Shown: piece after piece, positions 1 through 8,675 of the stretch
Position numbering within the stretch: the first letter of the stretch is position 1
Layout: every line of letters begins with the position of its first letter
Position numbers and translations under genes: made by a program
Notes under the pieces: generated by a model
What the model saw: only the letters and a program-made list of their open reading frames with translations
Told to the model about the DNA's origin: nothing
Database searches by the model: none
NCBI GenBank assembly: GCA_963676105.1
Contig: OY781039.1
Span: 1,110,001 to 1,142,000, forward strand
DNA from: Erysipelotrichaceae bacterium
GTDB taxonomy: Bacteria; Bacillota_I; Bacilli_A; Erysipelotrichales; Erysipelotrichaceae
DNA length: 32,000 bases
Direction of reading: 5' to 3'

Positions 1-498
1 ATCAAAGGCAAATTACAAGGTTTAAAAATTGCCTATGTTGGGGATGGATTCAATATGGCTAACTCCATTATTGTGGGTGGTATTAAATGTGGAATGGATG
101 TATCCATTGCTTGTCCTCCAGGTTATGAACCCGATCATGAAGTGATTGAATTTGCGAAAAATGCAGATAATCTACATTTCCATATGGGGACTGATCCAAT
201 GGCAGCGGTTAAAGATGCGGATATTGTCTTTACAGATGTTTGGTCAAGTATGGGCCATGAAGAAGAACATAAACGTCGTCTAGAAAAATTTGAAGGCTAT
301 CAAGTCAACGACGAACTCATGGCTGTCGCAAAAAAAGATGCGATTGTTCAACATTGCTTACCTGCTCATAAAGGTGAAGAAATCTCAGAAAAAGTCTTTG
401 AAGATCACGCCGATGAAATCTTTGAAGAAGCAGAAAATAGACTACATGTACAAAAAGCTGTCATGAGTCTACTTATGAAAAACAATATGCGAAAATAA
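1..498 (+). CDS. argF: Ornithine carbamoyltransferase, C-terminal part (5' end lies outside the window)
   Basis: Frame 1 is open from nt 1 (IKGKLQGLKIAYVGDGFNMANS...), so the Met at 55 in the ORF track is internal. It carries carbamoyltransferase signatures AYVGDG.N.ANS and HCLPAHKGEE, as in Firmicute ArgF. A catabolic or putrescine carbamoyltransferase paralogue cannot be excluded. Confidence 0.8.
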   Translation: MKGKLQGLKIAYVGDGFNMANSIIVGGIKCGMDVSIACPPGYEPDHEVIEFAKNADNLHFHMGTDPMAAVKDADIVFTDVWSSMGHEEEHKRRLEKFEGYQVNDELMAVAKKDAIVQHCLPAHKGEEISEKVFEDHADEIFEEAENRLHVQKAVMSLLMKNNMRK

Positions 499-517
499 AA
501 GGTCGAAAGACCTTTTT
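498..517. terminator. Bidirectional intrinsic terminator between convergent genes
   Basis: Hairpin AAAGGTC-GAAA-GACCTTT (498-515) followed by a T-run. It sits between or overlaps the stop codons of the + strand gene (496-498) and the - strand gene (516-518). Confidence 0.6.
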
Positions 518-788
518 ACTTGATTTGATTTATGGAAATTAAATTCATTATGACTGTACCAACAATTAATATTACCGATACATAAACTACTGCCCCTATA
601 GTATCCATAACGGCTGAAAAATCAGGAATATTCACACGCCAAGAGATTTCTAATAGCTGAAACCACAAAGCACTTCCCATACATGTAAAACTTATAAGCA
701 TGTTATATTTAGCTTTGATCTTTTTAAACCTAAATAGTGGAACAAACCAAGCTAGTAAACCAAATAGAAGACTGTAAATATTGTACAT
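516..788 (-). CDS. Small integral membrane protein, unknown function
   Basis: 90-aa ORF with about three hydrophobic helices (LLFGLLAWFVPLF, ISFTCMGSALWFQLL, IGAVVYVSVILIVGTVIMNLI). No family recognised. Confidence 0.45.
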   Translation of the reverse strand: MYNIYSLLFGLLAWFVPLFRFKKIKAKYNMLISFTCMGSALWFQLLEISWRVNIPDFSAVMDTIGAVVYVSVILIVGTVIMNLISINQIK

Positions 789-945
789 ACAATTTCCCCC
801 TCAATACATCGATTATATAATAAGTAGATATACTAACTATATTCATATTAATATGGAAATTAAAAGAATAAAAATAGCATTTCTTTATGTATAATCATTT
901 ATATGTTGAATAAAAATTGATAGACTATAACATATAAGGTTAAAT

Positions 946-2421
946 ATGTTTTTATCAATACTATTCAATTTTACATTTTTAATATCCGTCGTGTCGCTAC
1001 TTCAATTTGCATTAAAGGATAGTTCCATCAAATTAGAGTGGTCTTTTTCACGAAAAATACTTGCCGGACTATTTATTGCGGGTGTTGGTGTCTTTTTAAT
1101 GATTACATCGATTAGTTTTAATTCTGGTATTCAATTTGATATGCGTTATGTTGCATTTATGATTGCGGCAACTTATGGTGGACCACTCACAAGTTTTGTG
1201 ACTGCCATGGTTATGTTTTTTACCAATTTCTTTTTTATCGAAGCAATAAGAAGTCCTGATGTCATTATTATTGCGAATACACTCTTATTTCTTTACTTTA
1301 ATATTATTGCTTATCAAAAATACTCAAGACGGAAAATGTATATTGCATACTCAACTGGCATGATTGTTTTAATGAGCATTGGTAGCTCATTTTTACACCT
1401 CTGGTCACCTGAGTATATAAGTTTTCTCTTTGTTTATCTGTCGACCAATATTCTTGGTGGATATATCATTTTAAACTATATTGACTACACCTTTGATTCA
1501 CTTCAACAATATCGACATTTAAGAAAAACACATGACATTGATTATTTAACCCAAATACATAATGTCCATGGTTTTGAAGAAAGACTAGATAAAGCATTAA
1601 AAGAAGCTAAAAGTCATCATGAAACCCTTGCGATGTTGATGATTGACTTAGATTTCTTTAAAAAAGTAAATGACTTTTATGGTCATGATGTGGGTGATAT
1701 TGTTTTAACAGAATTAGCAACGATCTTAAAAGATCAAACACGACCAGAAGATATTGTCGCAAGAAAAGGTGGCGAAGAGTTTGCGATTATCTTAAAACAA
1801 TGTAATTTAGAAAATGCTGAGATGATTTCTGAGCGTATTCGTAAAGCGGTTGAAGACTTTATTTTTGTGAAGGATCAATATCCAATATCACTGACGATAT
1901 CAACCGGTTTATCTTTTTATCCTAATGATGCGAAAGAGGCAAAAGAACTGATTAAAACATCTGACTTAGCACTTTATTTAGCAAAGGCAAATGGACGTAA
2001 TCGAGTTGAATATTATCATGATCTAAAACGTATACATCCACACATTAATTTTAATAAATCAGGAAATCCACTGGTTGATCATGAACATCAAGAACTGGTT
2101 GATTTATTTAATACCATTACATCTGATTATTTAAATAATGCAAGTCCTGAAGAACTTCAAACTAAGATTATACAATTGAAGCATCACTTTGCAGAACACT
2201 GTACATCAGAAGAACATGAATATAGTAAAAATAATGTGCCTAGTAGTTTACTACTTAGACATCAAAAGATTCATAATGAACTTATTTCTTTATTTGATTC
2301 TTTACTATCAAGATTGAGTCAAGACTTTAATACCTTAGATTCTGAATACTTCTCACTTTTAAGTAATATTATTGTCGGGCATATTCAAACTGATGATTCA
2401 GACTTATTTAAATATATATAA
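946..2421 (+). CDS. Membrane-anchored diguanylate cyclase: multi-TM sensor module, GGDEF domain, C-terminal hemerythrin-like domain
   Basis: The N-terminal ~190 aa are hydrophobic (about 6 TM segments, reminiscent of 5TMR-LYT modules). The GGDEF domain has active-site GGEEF (nt 1768-1782) and an RxxD I-site (RPED, nt 1741-1752) five residues upstream. The C-terminal ~115 aa carry a hemerythrin-type ligand pattern: DHEHQEL ... HHFAEHCTSEE ... RHQKIHNEL ... GHIQTDD. Confidence 0.8.
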   Translation: MFLSILFNFTFLISVVSLLQFALKDSSIKLEWSFSRKILAGLFIAGVGVFLMITSISFNSGIQFDMRYVAFMIAATYGGPLTSFVTAMVMFFTNFFFIEAIRSPDVIIIANTLLFLYFNIIAYQKYSRRKMYIAYSTGMIVLMSIGSSFLHLWSPEYISFLFVYLSTNILGGYIILNYIDYTFDSLQQYRHLRKTHDIDYLTQIHNVHGFEERLDKALKEAKSHHETLAMLMIDLDFFKKVNDFYGHDVGDIVLTELATILKDQTRPEDIVARKGGEEFAIILKQCNLENAEMISERIRKAVEDFIFVKDQYPISLTISTGLSFYPNDAKEAKELIKTSDLALYLAKANGRNRVEYYHDLKRIHPHINFNKSGNPLVDHEHQELVDLFNTITSDYLNNASPEELQTKIIQLKHHFAEHCTSEEHEYSKNNVPSSLLLRHQKIHNELISLFDSLLSRLSQDFNTLDSEYFSLLSNIIVGHIQTDDSDLFKYI

Positions 2422-2447
2422 AAGCTTGAGCTATCAAGTTTTTATTT
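2422..2447 (+). terminator. Probable intrinsic terminator of the cyclase gene
   Basis: AAGCTTGA-GCTA-TCAAGTTT hairpin (5 Watson-Crick pairs plus G-U and A-T extension) followed by TTTTATTTT. It is AT-rich and weak, and it overlaps the stop of the convergent aldolase gene. Confidence 0.45.
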
Positions 2448-3245
2448 TGTCTTAATTAAATTGACGATATCTGTACTGGCTTTCATAAAAAGTGATGCAT
2501 CTAAACTGTAGGCAACACTATCAAAGCCCAGTTCATAGTATTCTTTTGCCTTATCAATAGATCCTGCAAAGATGAAAGCATATTTATTATATTTCTTACA
2601 GATATCTAATATTTTCTGAATCGCTTCTTTCATCACATCTGAATCTAAATCAAATGCTGTGCCTAAGGCTATGGATAAATCCAAGGGTCCAATAAAGATT
2701 CCATCAACCCCTTCTAAACACACTATTTCTTCAATATGATCATAAGCTCCTTTTGTTTCACATTGAGGTATTATTAATTGTTCACTGTTACAGTGTCGCA
2801 TATACTCATCAGCATTTTTAGCCCACTCATCTGTTGCCCAAATAGATGTTTTACTTGGACAATAACCACGACTTCCAAGTGGCGCATATTTGGCATGTTT
2901 AATCAATTCTTTAACTTCTTCAACCGTTTCAATGTAAGGTACAATTAAGCCCTTCGCCCCGATGTCTAATGTCTTTAATATCTGTGCTCGACTAATTTCT
3001 GGGATACGCACTAATGGCGTAATGTCGTTGGCGTTTGATGTATCAATCATTGTCTCGATCGATTCTGTATTAAAAGGTCCATGTTCTGCATCGATGACGA
3101 CATAGTCAAATCCACTACGAGAAAGAATCTCTATGATTCCTCTTCCATTTAAATGAAGAAAAGTTCCAAGTGGATGTTTTTGATCTTTTAAATCATTTTT
3201 AAATAACTTCGTTTTTTGAATGCTGTTAATTTTTTCTGAGTACAT
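2442..3245 (-). CDS. HpcH/HpaI-family class II 2-keto-3-deoxy-acid (pyruvate) aldolase
   Basis: 267 aa. The family-typical N-terminal segment GFDYVVIDAEHGP and the overall length and pattern match 2-keto-3-deoxy-sugar-acid / HpaI aldolases. SD AAGAGG lies 7-8 nt upstream of the ATG. Confidence 0.75.
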   Translation of the reverse strand: MYSEKINSIQKTKLFKNDLKDQKHPLGTFLHLNGRGIIEILSRSGFDYVVIDAEHGPFNTESIETMIDTSNANDITPLVRIPEISRAQILKTLDIGAKGLIVPYIETVEEVKELIKHAKYAPLGSRGYCPSKTSIWATDEWAKNADEYMRHCNSEQLIIPQCETKGAYDHIEEIVCLEGVDGIFIGPLDLSIALGTAFDLDSDVMKEAIQKILDICKKYNKYAFIFAGSIDKAKEYYELGFDSVAYSLDASLFMKASTDIVNLIKTK

Positions 3246-3346
3246 AGATAAACCTCTTTTGTCTATTATCTAATTTTGACATAAAAAAATAAACTCAATT
3301 TAAAATTAATGTCATAATAGTATAAGAATTAATAAGGAGATTAGCT

Positions 3347-4486
3347 ATGCCATTTACATTTATACTACCTTCAACCATTAGATACGGAAAAGGTGTGATT
3401 AAAGAAATCAATGAAATCTTAGATGACATGAATGCTGAAAAAATCATGCTTGTTTGCGATAAAGGAATTATCAAGGCAGGCATCTTAGATAAAATGTGTG
3501 AACATTTATCGATTGAAAAAGAAGTTCATATCTTTGATGAGATTGAAGCAAATCCAAAAGACTATAATGTGCAAAATGGTGCAGACTTTGCCAATAAAAA
3601 CGAGGTAGATGTTGTGATTGCCTTAGGTGGCGGAAGTAGCATTGATGCTGCTAAAGCGATTGTCGTAGTCGCAAAACAAGGTGGACAAGTAAGAGAGTAT
3701 ACACAAAAAAAAATAACAGATAATGTATTACCACTGATTGCGATACCAACGACCGCTGGCACAGGCAGTGAAGTAACTTTTTCAAGTGTAATTACAGATA
3801 CAAAGGAACAGTTTAAGTTCACTATTAAATCACCTTATATGGCCGCTAAGATAGCCTTAGTCGATCCAGAACTAACTTATTCCTTACCTGCATCTATTAG
3901 CGCATCAACAGGCATTGATGCCTTAGTTCATGCGATAGAAGGTTATACAGCGACTTGTACTGAGCCGATAGCGGAAGCATTAGGTCTATACGCAATAGAA
4001 CTCATTGTGAATAATATTGTGAAAGCCGTTAACTTCCCTGAAAACGAAGAAGCCAAAGACAATATGATGATGGGTAGTTTAATTGCTGGACTATCATTTA
4101 GTCACTCAGATGTCGCATCTGTGCACTGTATGGCAGAAGCTCTAGGAAGTATGTATGATAAAGCTCATGGCTTATGTAATTCTATTATTCTTCCCCATAT
4201 CATGCGTGAAAATGCGGATTATTGTTTAGAAAAATATGGAAGAATTTCGGATCTTTTAGGGGTTAAAGAAAATGACTTAAAGTCAAAAGTACTGAAAGGG
4301 ATTGACGTTATTGAATATATTTCCAAGGAAATAGGTTTACCAAACTTCAAATCTTTAAATATTGATCCAAAAGATTTTAGACACTTAGCCGAAATGTCAT
4401 TTAAGAATGGATCAAACGCAAGTAATCCTAAGCCAATGAGTATTGATGATTATGAAGCATTGTTTCATAAGATAGATAAGTTATAG
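3347..4486 (+). CDS. Iron-containing (group III) alcohol dehydrogenase
   Basis: 379 aa with GGGSSIDAAKA nucleotide-binding motif, PTTAGTGSE, and His-rich metal site (DALVHAIE, HSDVASVHCM). SD AAGGAG upstream. Confidence 0.8.
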   Translation: MPFTFILPSTIRYGKGVIKEINEILDDMNAEKIMLVCDKGIIKAGILDKMCEHLSIEKEVHIFDEIEANPKDYNVQNGADFANKNEVDVVIALGGGSSIDAAKAIVVVAKQGGQVREYTQKKITDNVLPLIAIPTTAGTGSEVTFSSVITDTKEQFKFTIKSPYMAAKIALVDPELTYSLPASISASTGIDALVHAIEGYTATCTEPIAEALGLYAIELIVNNIVKAVNFPENEEAKDNMMMGSLIAGLSFSHSDVASVHCMAEALGSMYDKAHGLCNSIILPHIMRENADYCLEKYGRISDLLGVKENDLKSKVLKGIDVIEYISKEIGLPNFKSLNIDPKDFRHLAEMSFKNGSNASNPKPMSIDDYEALFHKIDKL

Positions 4487-4497
4487 GGGGGATATTA

Positions 4498-5421
4498 ATG
4501 AAAGAAATAAAAAATGTCGCTATTATTGGAATGGGTGCATTAGGCATCATGTATGGTGAGTTATTATCAAAGTCATTAGCACATGATCATCTTGTCTTTT
4601 TAGGAAACCAAAAACGAATTCAAAAGTTTAATGATCAAGGTGTTTATTGTAATAAAAGTAAATGTGATTTCAAAATGATTGATCCAAATCAAACAGACTT
4701 TAAAGCAGATTTACTCATCTTCGCTGTTAAGGCAACAGCCCTAGAAGATAGTATTGAACTCGCAAAACAAGTTGTGAGTGAAGACACAATTATTGTTTCG
4801 GTTTTAAATGGTATTTCCAGTGAAGAAATCATTCAAGCAAAACTCAATAAAGGCATCATCATTAAATCAGTTGCCCAAGGTATGGATGCCTTAAAAATTA
4901 ATAATCAATTGACGTATCAAAATTTTGGCGTTATTTGCACAGGCTTATCAAAGGATGAAAAAGAAAATAAAGAAAGTCTTGATTCACTGATTCATTTCTA
5001 TGATCAAGTCAATTTACCTTATGTCTTAGAAGAGGATATTGATTATCGCTTATGGGCTAAGTGGATGTTGAATGTTGGGGTTAATCAAGTTGTCATGGTA
5101 TATGAGGGGACATTTGATACTGTACAAAAAAGTGGTGAAGCTAGAGACTTAATGATTGCGGCTATGGATGAAGTTATTTTGATAGCCCAACAAACTGGAA
5201 TAAATCTAAGCACAAAAGATCGAGATACGTATGTTGGAATTGTTGATTCCTTAAATCCTGATGGTATGCCATCCATGCGTCAGGATGGACTTGCGAAACG
5301 ATATAGTGAAGTAGAACTCTTCGCTGGTACTGTAATCTCAAAAGCAAAATCGCTTACTTGTGATGTGCCTGTTAATAAACTTTTATATGATAAAGTTAAG
5401 AAAATGGAAGCACACTACTAA
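4498..5421 (+). CDS. Ketopantoate reductase-family (PanE/ApbA-like) 2-oxoacid reductase
   Basis: 307 aa with N-terminal Rossmann motif VAIIGMGALG and ApbA-type two-domain length. SD GGGGG upstream. Starts 11 nt after the alcohol dehydrogenase stop, so probably co-transcribed. Confidence 0.7.
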   Translation: MKEIKNVAIIGMGALGIMYGELLSKSLAHDHLVFLGNQKRIQKFNDQGVYCNKSKCDFKMIDPNQTDFKADLLIFAVKATALEDSIELAKQVVSEDTIIVSVLNGISSEEIIQAKLNKGIIIKSVAQGMDALKINNQLTYQNFGVICTGLSKDEKENKESLDSLIHFYDQVNLPYVLEEDIDYRLWAKWMLNVGVNQVVMVYEGTFDTVQKSGEARDLMIAAMDEVILIAQQTGINLSTKDRDTYVGIVDSLNPDGMPSMRQDGLAKRYSEVELFAGTVISKAKSLTCDVPVNKLLYDKVKKMEAHY

Positions 5422-5430
5422 TCACATTGC

Positions 5431-5460
5431 TTGAAGACTTAAGTTTATATCCCTTACAAT
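5431..5460 (+). promoter_or_regulatory. Candidate sigma-A promoter of tpx
   Basis: TTGAAG (5431-5436), 18-nt spacer, TACAAT (5455-5460). It is followed immediately by a perfect 8-2-8 inverted repeat AATCAATC-AA-GATTGATT (5463-5480) abutting the SD AAGGAG. Confidence 0.45.
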
Positions 5461-5497
5461 ACAATCAATCAAGATTGATTAAGGAGAAATATCATTT

Positions 5498-6001
5498 ATG
5501 AGTCGTAAAGACGTTGTTAAATCTAATGGAAATCCATTAACATTACTTGGAACTGAAATCAAAGTTGGTGATCTAGCCCCTGATTTTACCGTTCTAGACA
5601 AGGATTTAAATCCTGTAAAATTATCAGATGCGAAAGGCAAAACTGTTATTCTAAGTATTGCCCCTTCCCTTGACACATCTGTTTGTGCTAATCAAACTAG
5701 ACGTTTCAACACTGAGGCTGCTAGCTTAGACAATACCGTTGTTTATTGTATTAGTGTAGACTTACCGTTTGCCTTAGGACGTTTCTGTACAACTGAAGGT
5801 ATTGAAGATGTTCTAACGCTTTCAGATCACAAAGACTTAGACTTTGGCATGAAATATGGTTATGTCATTGAAGAGTTAAGACTACTCACACGTGGTATCG
5901 TTGTGGTTGGCGCAGATGGTGTAGTAAAACATGTTGAGTATGTTCCAGTATTATCTGATTCACCAAATTTCGATGCAGCTTTAAAAGCCGCAAAAGCTTA
6001 A
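5498..6001 (+). CDS. tpx: Thiol peroxidase (atypical 2-Cys peroxiredoxin)
   Basis: 167 aa with the Tpx signature SIAPSLDTSVCANQTRRFN (peroxidatic Cys) and a second Cys in ALGRFCTTEG. Length and layout are typical of Tpx. Confidence 0.9.
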   Translation: MSRKDVVKSNGNPLTLLGTEIKVGDLAPDFTVLDKDLNPVKLSDAKGKTVILSIAPSLDTSVCANQTRRFNTEAASLDNTVVYCISVDLPFALGRFCTTEGIEDVLTLSDHKDLDFGMKYGYVIEELRLLTRGIVVVGADGVVKHVEYVPVLSDSPNFDAALKAAKA

Positions 6002-6007
6002 TTATTT

Positions 6008-6029
6008 AGGAGTTAATAACTCCTTTTTT
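6008..6029 (+). terminator. Intrinsic terminator of tpx
   Basis: AGGAGTT-AAT-AACTCCT hairpin (6008-6024) followed by TTTTTT. Confidence 0.7.
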
Positions 6030-6084
6030 ATTGAAAAATCAACTTTAATTCTCTATAGTTATATCAATAGCTTGGAGAATACAT

Positions 6085-6567
6085 ATGATACGTTTAGCTC
6101 ACAAAGAAGATATCGATACCCTACTAGAAATATACACTAGTGCTAGAAAATACATGCGTGAAAATGGTAATCCAACACAATGGCCAGACACATATCCTGA
6201 TTTCGAAGTATTAAGTGAAGATATAGAAAAAAAAGAACTCTATGTCTTTGAAAAAGATGGTAGAGTTCATGCTGTCTTTGCCTTTATCTTAGGAAATGAT
6301 CCAACCTATGACATCATTGAAGATGGTGATTGGTTAAGTGAAGCACCCTATGGAACCATCCATCGTATAGCTAGTGATGGTACAATCAAAGGTATATTTG
6401 ATGAATGTATAAATTATTGTAAGAATACGATTAATCATTTAAGAATAGATACTCATAGTGATAATAAAACGATGCAGTATCTGATCAAGAAAAATGGGTT
6501 TGAATACTGTGGCATCATCTATACTGATAATGGCAGCCCTCGATTAGCCTTTGAATTTATCGAGTAG
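6085..6567 (+). CDS. GNAT-family N-acetyltransferase
   Basis: 160 aa with GNAT-like size and pattern (MIRLAHKEDIDTLLEIY..., C-terminal NKTMQYLIKKNGFEYCG). The 3' end overlaps the convergent downstream gene by 11 nt. Confidence 0.65.
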   Translation: MIRLAHKEDIDTLLEIYTSARKYMRENGNPTQWPDTYPDFEVLSEDIEKKELYVFEKDGRVHAVFAFILGNDPTYDIIEDGDWLSEAPYGTIHRIASDGTIKGIFDECINYCKNTINHLRIDTHSDNKTMQYLIKKNGFEYCGIIYTDNGSPRLAFEFIE

Positions 6568-8530
6568 AGAAATAATCTAAATTTAAGATACGATAGCTAA
6601 GTTCAGCTGTCGTTTTTACTTTTTGTTTCATTGAATCAATAAAGTCTTGATCTACCTCTACACCTTCATTCGAAAAGAATTTTGCTTTTGATGTATAGTA
6701 GTAACCTTCGTCAACAATCCAAGAATAACTTGGGAATGCGACAAAATGACGCGATGTATTATCAAAGATATCCTGTCCAAAATAAATACGTGGGTCATAG
6801 TCTAAACCAAATAAATTCGCAAGCGTTGGCGTGATATCAACCGTACTTCCTAAGGTAGAGATTGTTTCAATCACTTGCCCATTATTATAAATAATGAATG
6901 GTGACTTAAAAATATTTAAGTCTGTCCCACGATCAACATCTTGTTGAGTATTATTGATAATGTCGTCTTTCGCAGTCTTTAAAGGATAGTGGTCAGCAAA
7001 TAAGGTAATAACCGTATCATTTAGTAAATGATCATTATCTAATTGTTTAAGTAGTGTTTCTAGCGCTTTATCTAACTCAATCGCCTTTGATAAATAACGT
7101 TGGATATTTAGAGGCGCATCTGGATAGACTGCCTGTACTTGATCTAAGTATCTATTACCTAAGGTTGAGTCAGCATCATAAGGAAAATGGGTTCCAGCTG
7201 TCACAATAAAACTAAAGAAAGGACTATCACTCTTAAAATGTGGATAGGCTTCTTCAAATAAGTTCACATCAGATGGCCAACCATATAAAGTCTTAATATC
7301 TAAGTCTTGATTACTGTAGTATTTATCACTACCCATATTTTCATGCCAAATCGTACGATCATAGAATTCATCTGAATAACTATGATATGAAGTGGAAGTA
7401 TAGTTCGCTTCATTAAAGAGTTCAAAAATATTTTGGTCAAACTCATTAGTCGTATAGGTATTTGGTGAACAAGTCCCAAGACGAGCTATCATCGAAGTTA
7501 GTGCTAAAAATTCACTGTCACCTGTTGTACAAGAAAATTGTGGCGCATAAAAATGATCAAAATACATTGAATTTTGACTCATCATATAAAGCGTAGGCGT
7601 TAATGCTTCATCAATCGCCATTAAGTCAAATGCTTCAATCATAATGAGAATAAGGTTCTTACCTTCAAATAGTCCTGTCATTTCATTCATCGGTGCTATT
7701 TTTTTATTTAAAAAATACTCATCGATTTCTTTAATGGTTTCATTTGTTTCAGATTCACTTAATGAAATCCACTCTGTATCATCTATCACACGTTCAAGAC
7801 TAACTTCTTCAATCGGTTCAATGATCTCTGTTTCCGGTTCAGGATCTAATAAAATGGGTTGAAAATCATCCGGATTATCATGATTTAAAATATCTTTAAT
7901 ACTAGTCGTTAATAGACCTAACTCTTGAAAACTTGTTTCCATAATAAAGGGTTGATGATAAAGTTCTTGAGCCGTATATACAGTATTGTTATTTTCAAAA
8001 ATGGTTAGAAAGCGATCCATCATTAAGTTGATAGATAAGCTAATAAAAATGAGCACAAAAGAGACTTTAAACTTGTAATGATAACCTTTCTTATTGGTAA
8101 ATACAGCATAGATAATAATTGGAATAAAAAGCAATAAACTCGTAAGTGGAATATACTTAACAAATTCAAAGGCAAAGCCTTCACTCACCTTCATCAACAT
8201 GTCTTTAACTAACTGATAACTAAAGAAGACGCTCATATAGCGGATATAGGTAAGTTGTGAAATCGCAATAAACACAAAAAACGTCATGATTATAACGTGT
8301 AATTTAACCCGATATTTAGCATTTAAAATCAGTGAAAAACCATAAATAAATAAGGCATCCGCAAACGATAAAATAACAATCTGCATCACTTCATCAAAAC
8401 TAAAACTAAAACCTAAAAGGAATCTAAAAATAAACTCAATTGAAAGAATTAGAGCTGTGAGTGATATTAATTGAATAAATAGATTTTTAAATAGGTGTTT
8501 TATCACGTGAAAATCATAACATATTAACAA
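6557..8530 (-). CDS. LtaS-family (sulfatase-fold) membrane phosphoglycerol/alditol-phosphate transferase
   Basis: 657 aa. The N-terminal ~170 aa contain about 5 TM helices, followed by an extracytoplasmic sulfatase-type domain (LILIMIEAFD metal site, CTTGDSEF nucleophile-Thr motif, TAGTHFPY). The start is uncertain: the track start at 8530 is TTG with no SD, and GTG at 8506 is an alternative. Confidence 0.75.
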   Translation of the reverse strand: MLICYDFHVIKHLFKNLFIQLISLTALILSIEFIFRFLLGFSFSFDEVMQIVILSFADALFIYGFSLILNAKYRVKLHVIIMTFFVFIAISQLTYIRYMSVFFSYQLVKDMLMKVSEGFAFEFVKYIPLTSLLLFIPIIIYAVFTNKKGYHYKFKVSFVLIFISLSINLMMDRFLTIFENNNTVYTAQELYHQPFIMETSFQELGLLTTSIKDILNHDNPDDFQPILLDPEPETEIIEPIEEVSLERVIDDTEWISLSESETNETIKEIDEYFLNKKIAPMNEMTGLFEGKNLILIMIEAFDLMAIDEALTPTLYMMSQNSMYFDHFYAPQFSCTTGDSEFLALTSMIARLGTCSPNTYTTNEFDQNIFELFNEANYTSTSYHSYSDEFYDRTIWHENMGSDKYYSNQDLDIKTLYGWPSDVNLFEEAYPHFKSDSPFFSFIVTAGTHFPYDADSTLGNRYLDQVQAVYPDAPLNIQRYLSKAIELDKALETLLKQLDNDHLLNDTVITLFADHYPLKTAKDDIINNTQQDVDRGTDLNIFKSPFIIYNNGQVIETISTLGSTVDITPTLANLFGLDYDPRIYFGQDIFDNTSRHFVAFPSYSWIVDEGYYYTSKAKFFSNEGVEVDQDFIDSMKQKVKTTAELSYRILNLDYFSTR

Positions 8531-8574
8531 AACTTAACATAAAGACTAGTACAAAACAGACAGTCTTTACGTTA

Positions 8575-8635
8575 TTTTATGCAATATTCATATTTTTACG
8601 CATTAATTTTATGCATTTTGCATATTTTTACGCAT
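8575..8635. repeat. Tandem imperfect 29-bp direct repeat (period 32 bp) in the LtaS-like gene upstream region
   Basis: 8575-8603 TTTTATGCAATATTCATATTTTTACGCAT versus 8607-8635 TTTTATGCATTTTGCATATTTTTACGCAT, 26/29 identical with a 15-nt perfect core CATATTTTTACGCAT. On the - strand each copy reads ...TGCATAAAAT, which is -10-like. Confidence 0.7.
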
Positions 8636-8640
8636 AAATG

Positions 8641-8670
8641 TAAAAATGAGTCCCAATCATTAGGACCCAT
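8641..8670 (-). terminator. Intrinsic terminator ending the polyamine operon
   Basis: On the - strand, ATGGGTCC-TAATGATTG-GGACTCAT (8 bp, one mismatch) is followed by TTTTT. It begins 6 nt after the decarboxylase stop. Confidence 0.6.
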
Positions 8671-8675
8671 TCCTT

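Noticed and set aside
3705-3713. A9 homopolymer inside the Fe-ADH gene as a phase-variation (slipped-strand) switch
   Set aside because: Runs of this length are expected by chance in a genome this AT-rich. The reading frame is intact, and there is no second in-phase tract or associated surface or restriction gene.
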